The position numbers and the translations under genes are program-made. A stretch of 64,000 nt of DNA from the NCBI GenBank assembly GCA_964016885.1, contig OZ024742.1, positions 178,994,001 to 179,058,000 of the forward strand, given 5' to 3'. The DNA comes from Eledone cirrhosa. Lineage: Eukaryota. The notes under the pieces were generated by a model. It saw only the letters and a list, made by a program, of their open reading frames with translations, did no database searches and was not told the origin of the DNA. This document shows, one piece after another, positions 52,429-64,000 of the stretch (position 1 is its first letter; every line of letters begins with the position of its first letter).

Positions 52429-54286
52429 AGGGGCTGGATCAATGCCATGCACAGCAGCCGCATCTGCTCTAGGGTCAAGGTGAACGGCTACCTCTCGGAG
52501 CCGTTCGAAATCGCGCGGTCCATCCGACAAGGGTGCCCTCTCTCCTCCCTTCTGTATGTAATGACTCTAGAGCCACTGCTGCGGAAGTTGGAGTTGTTGC
52601 AGGGCATCCCGTTGGAACCGGGATTGCGGAAAGCGGTGTCAGCCTACGCCGATGACGTAACAGTAATGGTGTCGACGGCCTCAGAAATTGGGGCGATCGA
52701 CACCTTACTGGAGGAGTACGAAAGGTTTACAGGGGCTAAGCTGAACCGGGACAAGGCGATCGGTCTGCAACTCGGCACGTGGATGCCCTCCGATAGCGTC
52801 GTCGGGCGCTGGACGGAGGGCCCGGTGAAGTTGCTCGGGGTCTGGTTCGGACCAGACCTCCAGGTGGAGAAGAACTGGGGTGAGGTAACGAACAGGGTGT
52901 TTGCACTGACCCAGAAGTGGGCCGAGTGCAAACTGTCCCTGAAAGGTCGGGCGGAGGTGGCGAACACTTATATAGCGTCCGTCATCTACTACCGCCTGAC
53001 CGTTGTGCCTTGCCCAAGGGAAACGCTCGCCAAAATGGAGCGTGCACTCTTCCAATTCCTTTGGAAGAAGCGGGCTCCTATGGTGAGGAGATCCATCTGA
53101 TGTCAACAGCCTTCGAAAGGAGGGCTGGGGATGCCGTGGCTAATGATACGTAAACACGCATTAAGGCTACGGCACCTTCAGGTATTCCTCTCCGGTCAAC
53201 CGGTGTGGGCCCCGTTTGTGAGGCGAGCCTTTCCCAGACTCGTCTCACTCACCGAGCTGCAATCCTGAGTCAAGCAAAGACCGAGAAAACTGAGCGCCTG
53301 GCACACCGAGTGTGCCCAGGCGCTCACGGCTCTCTGGCAGGCGGACCCGGCTGTCAGTGGAGAATCCACCTCGTCATTCTATAGTGGGCTGGTGGTTAGC
53401 AGGTGCGACGACGCCCTCGGAGAAGCCCTAGGCATGGAGGAAGACGAACTGGCAAACCTGTTTGGTAGGACATTGAGCCCGGGAACCATGGATAACTTCC
53501 AGAGGTCCCTGGCCTGGCAATGCTACAGAAGGGCTCTGCCCCTTCGAGAAAGGCTCTACAGACACGGGCGCCCGGGTAGGGACCCCTCGGAAAAGATCTG
53601 TCCCAGATGCGTGTGCGACGAGGAAACCGTTGCACACGCATTGGTACACTGCTCGGGCATTGCCGACCTGTGGGGCTATGTCGAACAACTGCTGTCAAGG
53701 GTGGGACCGATCCGGTTGACCACCGAGTCTATTGTAACGATCAAGCCGCCTCCCCTCTTCAAAACGAAGGAGAGGCGGTGTTTCTGTGCGTAATAGCCAT
53801 GGCGAAAGAGGTTGTATCGTGGACGCGTCTGAAAGGACTGAGGGCAGACACCTTTCTCTCTGGCCAATAACTGGTCCGTTTCTTCCGATATCATTTCGGA
53901 AGAAGGATCAGGATGGAGAGAGAGGTGCTGCACCCCAGCCGTTTTTATGAAAGATGGGTGAAAGTGGCGAGAATGGCCCGTGTGAATGGACCTTCACTCT
54001 ACATCAGACTATAGGTGAGGAAGATGAAAGACCAAGGGAGCACTCCTTCTCTGTGCTCCTGAGGAAAAGGGTTGCACACTTTTTTTCGGGGGTGTGTGCG
54101 ACCCCACAAGGCGTCTCCTCTCTATTGAGGATTTTATTATATCCTCTCTATTGAGGATTTTGTTATATTTTATTTTATTTTCATATTTTGTTATTGCCTC
54201 CTCCTTATTGAAGACGCCTTGTTTTATAAACTCCCCCCATTGTACTTGTCCCACTTTTGATGCCTTGGTGGCAAATAAAAGAAACA
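52429..54286 (+). mobile_element. Tx1 LINE family B, 5'-truncated, flanked by (TATC)n
   Basis: RT motifs IRQGCPLS and AYADD in ORF 52105..53100; zinc-binding domain 53392..53793; AATAAA at ~54274. Confidence 0.92.
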
Positions 54287-54292
54287 TATCTA

Positions 54293-54401
<109 letters not shown>

Positions 54402-54437
54402 TCATCATTATCATCATCGTTTAACGTCCGATGATGA

Positions 54438-54480
<43 letters not shown>

Positions 54481-54496
54481 TAGATAGATAGGTATG

Positions 54497-54587
<91 letters not shown>

Positions 54588-54945
54588 TGGGAGAGAGAGA
54601 GGGGGGGAGCGAGAGAGGTAAATAAATGGATAGATACATATAGATAAATTAACAGACAGGTAACCAGATGGACAGACAGACATACAGACAGACTGATAAA
54701 TATGCAGAGATATATAGACAAACAGACAAACAGACGTATAACTATATAAAACGTGACTTCAAATGTTAAGAAAAAATACGTCGTATGCTGCACATATCTA
54801 CAGCCCGGAAAATATGAATTAAGAAAATATATAAGGTATCTTTAGAAAGCTAAATAACGAGAATGTGAAAGTAAAACATTTTTTTAAGTGTTTGAAAATT
54901 ATGTAGACACGTTCACATATACATACATATATATATATATATATA

Positions 54946-54993
<48 letters not shown>

Positions 54994-55101
54994 ACGTGTG
55001 TATGTATGTACATATATATATATGTATATATATATGTATATATGTATATATGTATGTACATATATATATGTACATACATATATATATATGTATGTATGTA
55101 C

Positions 55102-55155
<54 letters not shown>

Positions 55156-55463
55156 GTACATATATATATATGTATATGTATGTACATATATATATATATG
55201 TATATATATATATACGAATATGTACATACATACACACGTGCACACACACACTATATATATATAGAGAGAGAGAGGGGGGCGAAGGGGCAGCGAGAGAGGA
55301 AAATAAATGTATATATTTATATATATATATATATATACTATTACTAAAACTCTGCGATTGTGTGCTTTTATATATATATATATTGTGTGCACGTGTGTAT
55401 GTACATATATATATATATGTATATATGTATATGTATATATATATATTTCGTTTCCCAAAGTAT

Positions 55464-55564
<101 letters not shown>

Positions 55565-55802
55565 CATACATATATGTACATACATACATATATATATATG
55601 TACATATATATACATGTATGTACATATATATATGTACATAGATATACATATATATATGTACATACACACGTGCACACACACACACACTCACTCACATATG
55701 TATGTGTATATATATATATATATACACATACATATATATACATACATATATATGTATGTATGTATATATATATTTATATATATATGTATATATATATATA
55801 TG

Positions 55803-55846
<44 letters not shown>

Positions 55847-55885
55847 TATATATATACGTATATATATATATATATACGTATATAC

Positions 55886-55973
<88 letters not shown>

Positions 55974-56413
55974 TCATATATATATACATATATATAATCG
56001 CTCTTTATTTTGTACTTTTCTTTTCCACATACAGATTTACTTTTCCGTGTTGTAAATAATTGCCACATTTCATCACCATCCTCATTACCATTTTCATCGT
56101 CATCGTCATCCACATTACATCATCAGCCCCACCAACACCACCACTCTCTCCACATCAAATACCATGTCCACCCTTACTCCCACCACTACCACCACCACCA
56201 TCATGATCATTATCATCACGACAACAGATACATTAAAGAGAATCTGCCATTAAGTAGAAGCAGCCTTAGAAATTATTTATACATACGTTAAAAGATGTTC
56301 TCAAATCGAACAAGATATACTTTAATTTCGTTTGGCTACCATTTTGATTGTTTGTTTTTAGCACTGCCACATATATCCTTTTATGTACAACAGACAGACA
56401 GACAGACATACAT

Positions 56414-56549
<136 letters not shown>

Positions 56550-57098
56550 TCACACGCTAACACGCACACACACACGCTAACACGCACACACACACACAGA
56601 CACGCGCGCGCAAGCACACATACAGACACATACTCACGCACATAAATATACACACATACATACGTCCATACGTACACATACACACACACATACATACGTC
56701 CATACATACACATACACACACACATACATACGTCCATACGTACACATACACACGCACATGCATATACATACATACATACGTCCATACATACACATATACT
56801 CACACATAAATATACACACATACATACGTCCATATATACACACACACATACATATACACGCATACATATGTCCATGCATACACATACACACCCATACATA
56901 TACACACATACATATGTCCATGCATACACATACACACACACATACATATACACACATACATATACACACATACATACGTCCATACATACACAAACACACA
57001 CACATGGATATACACATTTGAATACAACCATACACACACACACATACATATACACACATACATACGTCCATGTATATATACACATACATACGTCCATG

Positions 57099-57179
<81 letters not shown>

Positions 57180-57182
<3 letters not shown>

Positions 57183-57715
57183 AAAGAGAAAATGAGGTTT
57201 TTTTAAATAAAAAAACAGATATCCAACACGGGTGAAAGTATAAGGAGAAGAAATCTAAAATGCAAAAGAAGAATTGAGATGAAGGGGCTGTGGTTTTTCT
57301 CACATTATATATATATATATATATATATAATTGTTTCTACTTTTGGTACAAGGCCAGCAATTACCCAGTAGATAACTGGTACTTTATTTTATCGACCCCA
57401 TAAGGATGAAAGGCAAAGTTAACCTCGGCGGGGTGAGACATACCACAGAACCTTCATCTCAATTCTACTTTTGCATTTTAGATTTCTTTCACGAGGTTGA
57501 CTTTGCCTTTCATCCTTACGAGGACGATAAAATAAAGTACCAGTAATGTACTGAATAATTGCTGGCCTTGTGCTTAAAGCAGAAACAATTATAAATATAT
57601 ATAATGTGAGACATACCACAGACCCTTCATCTCAATTCTACTTTTGCATTTTAGATTTCTTTCAGCCGTGTAGGATATGTTTTTTTTATTTAAAAAAAAG
57701 CCTCATTATCTTATA
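57180..57715. repeat. Composite inverted structure: repeat X(-), SINE(-), X fragment, SINE(+), X(+)
   Basis: 57180-57305 is an imperfect reverse complement of 57603-57715; SINE halves at 57329-57432 (-) and 57492-57592 (+). Confidence 0.7.
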
Positions 57716-57789
57716 TATATATTTAATCGACCCCCTCCCCACCCCCCACCCCCCAAAACTGCTGGGCTTGTACCTATATAAGAAACCAT

Positions 57790-57955
57790 TGGTAGAGGGT
57801 CGGACGCCATGCTTTGACGCATAGAGTTACGGCCCTTGCAATTCTGAGTTCAAATCCCGCCGAGGTTAACTTTGCCTTTCATCCTTACAGGTTTGACAAA
57901 ATAAAATTCCAGTAATATACTGGGTGATTGCTGGCCTTGTACCAATAGTAGAAAC

Positions 57956-57960
<5 letters not shown>
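57790..57960 (+). mobile_element. Meta-SINE
   Basis: ggtagagggtcggacgccatgc...gagttcaaatcccgccgagg...gtagaaacaatt. Confidence 0.9.
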
Positions 57961-57997
<37 letters not shown>

Positions 57998-58037
57998 GAT
58001 ATTAATAAATGGAAACTATATTTATAAAACCATATTC

Positions 58038-58100
58038 ATTTCATTATACATATTTCAGGGATACCAAATTAAACCACGGTATGCCTTCATCAGACAAAAT
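58038..58100 (-). ncRNA. Type I hammerhead ribozyme motif (family C variant)
   Basis: AUUUUGU CUGAUGA AGGcAUACC..GGUAUcCCU GAAA UAUGUA UA AUGAAAU; a truncated relative lies at 37630-37692. Confidence 0.75.
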
Positions 58101-58254
58101 ACAATATATAACAGTTTTACAAATAGGCTTTGACGTACCCTATTAAAATGCAACCATTATTTTGGAAGCCATCCGGATAGCTACATAGCAGTATATATAT
58201 ATATATATATATATAAATACATATATAATATACTGTTACATATATATAATATAT

Positions 58255-58375
58255 AATTGTTTCTACTTTAGGCACAAGGCCAGCAATTATCACAGTACAT
58301 TACTGGTACTTTATTTTATCGACCCCGTAAGGATGAAAGGCAAAGTTAACCTCGGCGGGATTTGAACTCAGATCG
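58255..58375 (-). mobile_element. 5'-truncated Meta-SINE
   Basis: Reverse complement of the SINE 3' two-thirds. Confidence 0.9.
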
Positions 58376-58410
58376 TATATTATATATAATATATAATATT
58401 TATAGCATAC

Positions 58411-58460
<50 letters not shown>

Positions 58461-58510
58461 ACACACACATACACACCTATACACAAACAAACACACACAC
58501 ACACACGCAA

Positions 58511-58546
<36 letters not shown>

Positions 58547-58692
58547 TCATTTTATTAAAGCTAAATAGTGAATTTTGAACAATAAGGCTAAAGTGAATAT
58601 TATATGGTGCGTGCGTTGGCAATATATTGGCAACATGATATAACATTATATATGCCCCCAGATATAACCCTATACCCCGACCCCACAGGCCT

Positions 58693-58771
<79 letters not shown>

Positions 58772-59495
58772 GGTGAAATATCTAAGAATATTTTATCTCA
58801 AATTTTTGCTACATTCATTTCATGCACTTTCGACGAATTTAGCAAAATATTTCATATTTGCTTACACTGAGAAAAACATGGATGATGTTTCTGGATGTGT
58901 ACACACACACACAGTCATACACACACATTCAAACACAAACACACGCACACACATACACACACATATATATATATATATATATAATCATCATCATCATTGT
59001 CAGCGCTTTTACGTTAAGTTATTGATGGTGGCACGGGTTGCTTGATACTTCTGGGGTAAAGCTTTACAGGCAGAGACTTTTCCTGAAAGAAAACCTTTTG
59101 AGGATGAGGATTTGGCTATATATATACATATATATATTCATGGAATTCTGGGACTTGACTCTTTCTTCCTCACTTTCCGTTGCATTACCATCTTTGTTTG
59201 TTTACAGTCTCGCTCGTTCCCCTTATTTACGTGTCCCAACGACTTTCTTTAGCCGTTGCTCGCACCAACCGGAGGTATATGGTCTTTACAGCGATGAAAT
59301 ACCAATGAAGGTTGGAAGATCACTGATGAAGGACTAACTTTATTCATATATATATATATGAGCGTGTGTCTATGTATGCGCGTATGTACCTATTTTGTTG
59401 TGTGGTTGCTTGGTTGGGTGTGTACAGAGAGAGATACACGTATGTCTCAGTGATTTTATGACGGTTTGTTTCTGTGTCTTTATCGTGCTAGATGG

Positions 59496-59532
<37 letters not shown>

Positions 59533-59644
59533 TAAGAGGAATTCCAACTTTGTCTGATTTACTCGTTTTATTTACAATCCTTTAAAATATATAATGGTAT
59601 TATAATGAAATAGTATGATAGAATATTAAATTCTAAGTGTTAAT

Positions 59645-59683
59645 TGAACAAGTACTTTCATGCTTTCGCAATCTTCAGGTTCA
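59645..59683 (-). ncRNA. Minimal 39-nt type I hammerhead ribozyme motif
   Basis: UGAAC CUGAAGA uUGC gaaa GCAu GAAA GUAC UU GUUCA. Confidence 0.7.
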
Positions 59684-59726
59684 TAATATGTGGTGACAGT
59701 CGAGTTTGCAATTTTCAACTGTTGAC

Positions 59727-59860
59727 AGATTCCTGATGATTTCTAATGAATGAAACAGTTCTAGTCCTGTAGAATCTCATCTATATTAAAACTGTTATAC
59801 TCTGCTATGTATTGAGTACCTTACTTACTGTGGTTACCTCCGATTCAACCCGGAATAACG
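59727..59860 (+). ncRNA. HHR element family B-HHR (HHR 59727-59777)
   Basis: AGAUUC CUGAUGA uUUC uaau GAAu GAAA CAG uucuaguc CUG UA GAAUCU; same 3' end as the copy at 44216. Confidence 0.85.
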
Positions 59861-59933
59861 TATATATATATATATATATACTATATATATATATATATAC
59901 TATATATATATATATGTTATATACTATATATAT

Positions 59934-60076
59934 ATCATCAGGAAGCTTCCTGATGATTTCTCACGAATGAAACAGTTCTAGTCCTGTAGAAGCTCTTCTA
60001 TATTAAAACATTTATACTCTGCTATGTATTGAGTACCTTACTTACTGTGGTTACCTCCGATTTAAGCCGGAATAAC
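59934..60076 (+). ncRNA. HHR element family B-HHR with short 5' fold-back (HHR 59944-59994)
   Basis: Palindrome atcatcaggaagcttcctgatgat; AGCUUC CUGAUGA..GAAA CAG..CUG UA GAAGCU. Confidence 0.85.
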
Positions 60077-60110
60077 TTATATATATAGAAAGAGGGAGAG
60101 AGAGATAGAG

Positions 60111-60142
<32 letters not shown>

Positions 60143-60152
60143 TGAGAGAGAG

Positions 60153-60184
<32 letters not shown>

Positions 60185-60488
60185 AGGGAGAGAGAGATAG
60201 AGAGAGAGAGAGATGGATGCATGGATTGATAGATAGCTAATATAAATAATATATAATGTATAAATAAATATGACTGCATATATATGTGTATGCGTTTGTT
60301 GATTATATATATGAATGTGTGTATATGTGTGAAATTATATGTGCTAATATGTTTTCTTTATGGCAATGCATTAATATATATGACGACAGACGTATATACA
60401 TATACGTACACACACATGCACACCCACACCCGCACCCACACACAGATATGTATATATAAATATATATATATATAAATATATATATATA

Positions 60489-60591
<103 letters not shown>

Positions 60592-60630
60592 ATATGTGAT
60601 GTGTATATATATATTTATGTATATGTGTGA

Positions 60631-60673
<43 letters not shown>

Positions 60674-61026
60674 CATATATATATGCGTGTGTATATATGC
60701 AGTTATAAATATGAATTCCTATATATGTCGATACGGATACATACACAGGCAAACATATGCACACACATACATACACACATGTTACTACTGTCACTTACAC
60801 CAACGCAGCTACTCACTTAACCCACAACCTCGTTGCAATCTAATTATACATATTTCCATTAAGACGTTTTAAAAGTCGGCCATTTTATTTTCACAATTCA
60901 CCATGTTAGCGGCCACGTTAAATTTATAAATTTATAGAGAATTTAATAAACCATCATACCATTTCTGTGTCGCCTTCTCACACCTCCTCTATTTATTTAT
61001 CTCTCACTTCCTATCTCTCTCTCTCC

Positions 61027-61128
<102 letters not shown>

Positions 61129-61489
61129 ATATATATAAATATATATATATATAAATAAATGCATTAAATTATTGATTGAGAACTGAAGAAATAAAGAAAT
61201 ATATCCATAAATGAATTAATTTAATGTGGAAATCAATGATAATGAATTTTCATGTTTAATGTTTTTAAAAAATGTTTGTTGTTTTTCAAGTTGTTGCTGA
61301 TTTTTTTCTACCTTTTTCTTTCCTCGTCAGCTAAAGTGCTTGAGTAGTCGATGTGTATGCGTATGTATGATCATGTGATTAAGAAATTTGCTTCGCAATC
61401 ACGAGGCTCCATGTTCGATTCAACTGCGTAGGTTGTACTTCTACATCACTTTAACATCACTACCTGACTTTTATTTAATCCCGCAAAGT

Positions 61490-61710
61490 CAATCCCGCCG
61501 AGGTTGACTTTACCTTTCATCCTTACGGGGTCGATAAAATAAAGTACCAGTAATACACTGGGTAATTGCTGGCCTTTTGCCAAAAGTAGAAACAATTATT
61601 TAATCCCGCCAAGGTTAACTTTGCCTTTCATCCGTACGGGGTCGATAAAATAAATTACCAGGAATGCACTGGGTAATTGCTGGCCTTGTGCCTAATGTAG
61701 AAACAATTAT
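61490..61710 (+). mobile_element. Two tandem 5'-truncated Meta-SINEs
   Basis: aatcccgcc...gtagaaacaattatt occurs twice (61491-61600, 61602-61710). Confidence 0.9.
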
Positions 61711-63524
61711 TTATTTTTTTCACAGTGCGATCTGACAGCCAAACGGCTGAGGTTAAGAATCAAAGATGAAGCAGATAATGCTTTCTAGTTTCAATTTCTT
61801 CATTAGGGTCCCCTCATACTTTTAATACGGTCTCTAGCGCAATTGTGTCGTCACCGACACGAATAAAAAAGCACTGTTCTCCATATATAAGAATATATAT
61901 TCAGCCATTTTGTAATATTTGAAAGAGAACAAAGTCATTTCTTGAATTAATCAAATAAAGTTAAGGTCTTACCTATAAGCCATGATACTGGAAAACAGAA
62001 TAGAAAGAGCTAAGCACCACCAGCACATATAATATATGTCGATAAAATAAATAAACCGAAATTTGACCGACACATTTGTCCCACAAAGTAATAACTGTGT
62101 ATTGTTGCTTATAAACATTGAAGTATCACATAAATTGTTCTGTTCAAACGATGAAAGAGTTAAAAACGTTTTATTGTCACACCTCACTGATTGTGCATGT
62201 GGGGATATTATACAAAGAAAAAATCAACTCAAATTACACACACCATAAGACGTTTTGTTCTTATCCTTCCACCATCCAAGTAGCTACCTCGCTAAATTTG
62301 TTTTAGCTGTGACCACTCCCATCATGTAGCAAATATTTGATTTTATTACTCACTGAGAGTTTCTTCTTTGGTTTACTCTTGGGTCTATTTTTGGTCTTTC
62401 TCTTGCATGCTTCTATCATATCTTCAATGAAACATTGTCAGCTTTCCTCTCAAGTTCACGAATCATTGTTCTGCTATTCTTCATAATTGCTATAACAACC
62501 AGGCAGGGCATATTGGATTTAGTTACAATATCACAGCATCCAATATTGTGAGATGCAAGGTTCGCATTTTAGACTCTTCTTCTAATATACTCACTTTATA
62601 TTGCCTTCCAAAGACACTGTCAACTCAATTTTGACTCAAACTAGTTAACGTTTCGAAATAGTCGAATATGTTAAGTATATACGTCCCTTGAGACGGAAAA
62701 AAGTGGACCAATTGCATGCGAGAATCGAAATCACACTTGTTGTATGCCGGAGGGCGATGCTACAATTACACTAAAGCGAGGCTGACCATGAACGCGTCAT
62801 TTTAAAGTCTAATCTATCAACCTGTAAATGTAAACAATCACTCGTATTAACGATGCGTTGAGCAAATTATGAATATTGAATGTATATTACATTAAAGTAA
62901 GCTGCGTCCACATAGTTTTTTCTCAATGAAAATAGGCGAAAAGGTTGGGAAATAAGACCTGAGAGACAGAAAAAAATTGACAATCTCGCATTTGGGACTC
63001 GAAATCACACCTGCAGTATGGCGGTCGTAATTTTGTAAGTTGTTGTTTCTCGCAGATTTGTTTGTTTTTCTATCTATATTTTGTTGTTGAGATGTTGCAG
63101 TTTGAATGCCATTTGCAGACACATGACATCCATATATCGCTATTTCTATTCTATGTAAAAGAAAATGGTTTGTATAACAATAAAAGGGGAAAAAAATAAA
63201 ATCTCTGATTTTATGTGTTGTCTTTTGTCACCACTGTCCTTCACTTTTCCTATTTCCCGTCCTCCTCCTCCCCCTCCCCCTCCTCCTCCTCCCCTCCTCC
63301 TCTTCCTCCCCCTCCTCCTCCTCCTCATCATCATTATCATCATCATCTGCGTAATCACCACCACCGTTATCATAATCATCATCACTATCGTCGTCGTCGT
63401 CGTCGTTGCCATCGTCACCGTCGTTGCCATCGTCACCGCCGTCGTCATCGTCGTCGCCACTGTCGTCGACGTTGTCGTCATCATTATCATCATCATCATC
63501 ATAATCATCGTTACCATCATACTA

Positions 63525-64000
63525 GTCGTCGGACGCCATGCTTTCCAGCATAGTTACGTCCCTTTACGATCTGAGTTCAAATTCCGCCGAGGTTGACTTT
63601 GCCTTTCATCCTTACATCTCTCACCACCACCATCACTACCGACCCCACCACAACCACTATCATAACATCATCAGCATTATCATTATTATCATGGCGGTAA
63701 AGGGCAGTGGATTAGCAGTATTGGTAGAGGGTCGAACGCCATGCTTTGACTCATAGAGTTACGGCCCTTGCCATTCTGAGTTCAAATCCTGCCGAGGTTA
63801 ACTTTGCCTTTCATCCTGACGAGGTCGATAAAATAAAGTACCAGTAATGCACTGGGTTATTGCAAAAGTAGAAACAATTATTATCATGGTGGTAAGGCGG
63901 TGGATTGGCAGTATCGGTAGAGGGTCGGACGCCATGCTTTCCAGCATAGTTACGTCCCTTTACGTTCTGAGTTCAAATCCCGCCGAGGTTGACTTTGCCT
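63525..64000 (+). mobile_element. Three Meta-SINE copies (63525-63615 partial; 63690-63880; 63890-end)
   Basis: Consensus head ggcggtggattggcagtatcggtagagggtcggacgccatgc and the B box. Confidence 0.9.

Noticed and set aside
62250-62680. Possible Tigger-transposase relic or coding exon on the minus strand (MIRELERK.., KRKTKNRPKSKPKKKLS|gtgagt)
   Set aside because: Too degenerate, with frameshifts and a weak acceptor; cannot be assigned without a search.

Overview
Repeat-saturated eukaryotic DNA with no recognisable intact host gene. It is most likely an octopus/cephalopod intron or intergenic region, inferred from extreme (TA)n/(CA)n/trinucleotide microsatellite density and about 20 copies of a tRNA-derived Meta-domain SINE. 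It holds two families of Tx1/L1-clade LINEs: one near-full-length copy, three 5'-truncated copies and two old relics. It also holds an RTE-type LINE relic, a decayed Helitron with Rep/PIF1 helicase and an intact 3' hairpin+CTAG, a Tigger-like MITE and a Tc1/mariner transposase relic. The main result is a dense set of type I hammerhead ribozyme (HHR) motifs in non-coding elements embedded in (TA)n tracts. The clearest is a 9.2-copy, apparently identical 310-bp tandem array (34660-37516) with one complete HHR per monomer, matching the architecture of a non-LTR retrozyme/circRNA. There is also a 531-bp circularly permuted HHR-like unit present in both orientations, plus several dispersed HHR families with covarying stems. 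Many of these insertions are head-to-head fold-backs centred on the ribozyme, as expected for Penelope-like (PLE) mobilisation. Most long ORFs in the supplied track are microsatellite artefacts. All structures were read by eye; no folding or database search was run.
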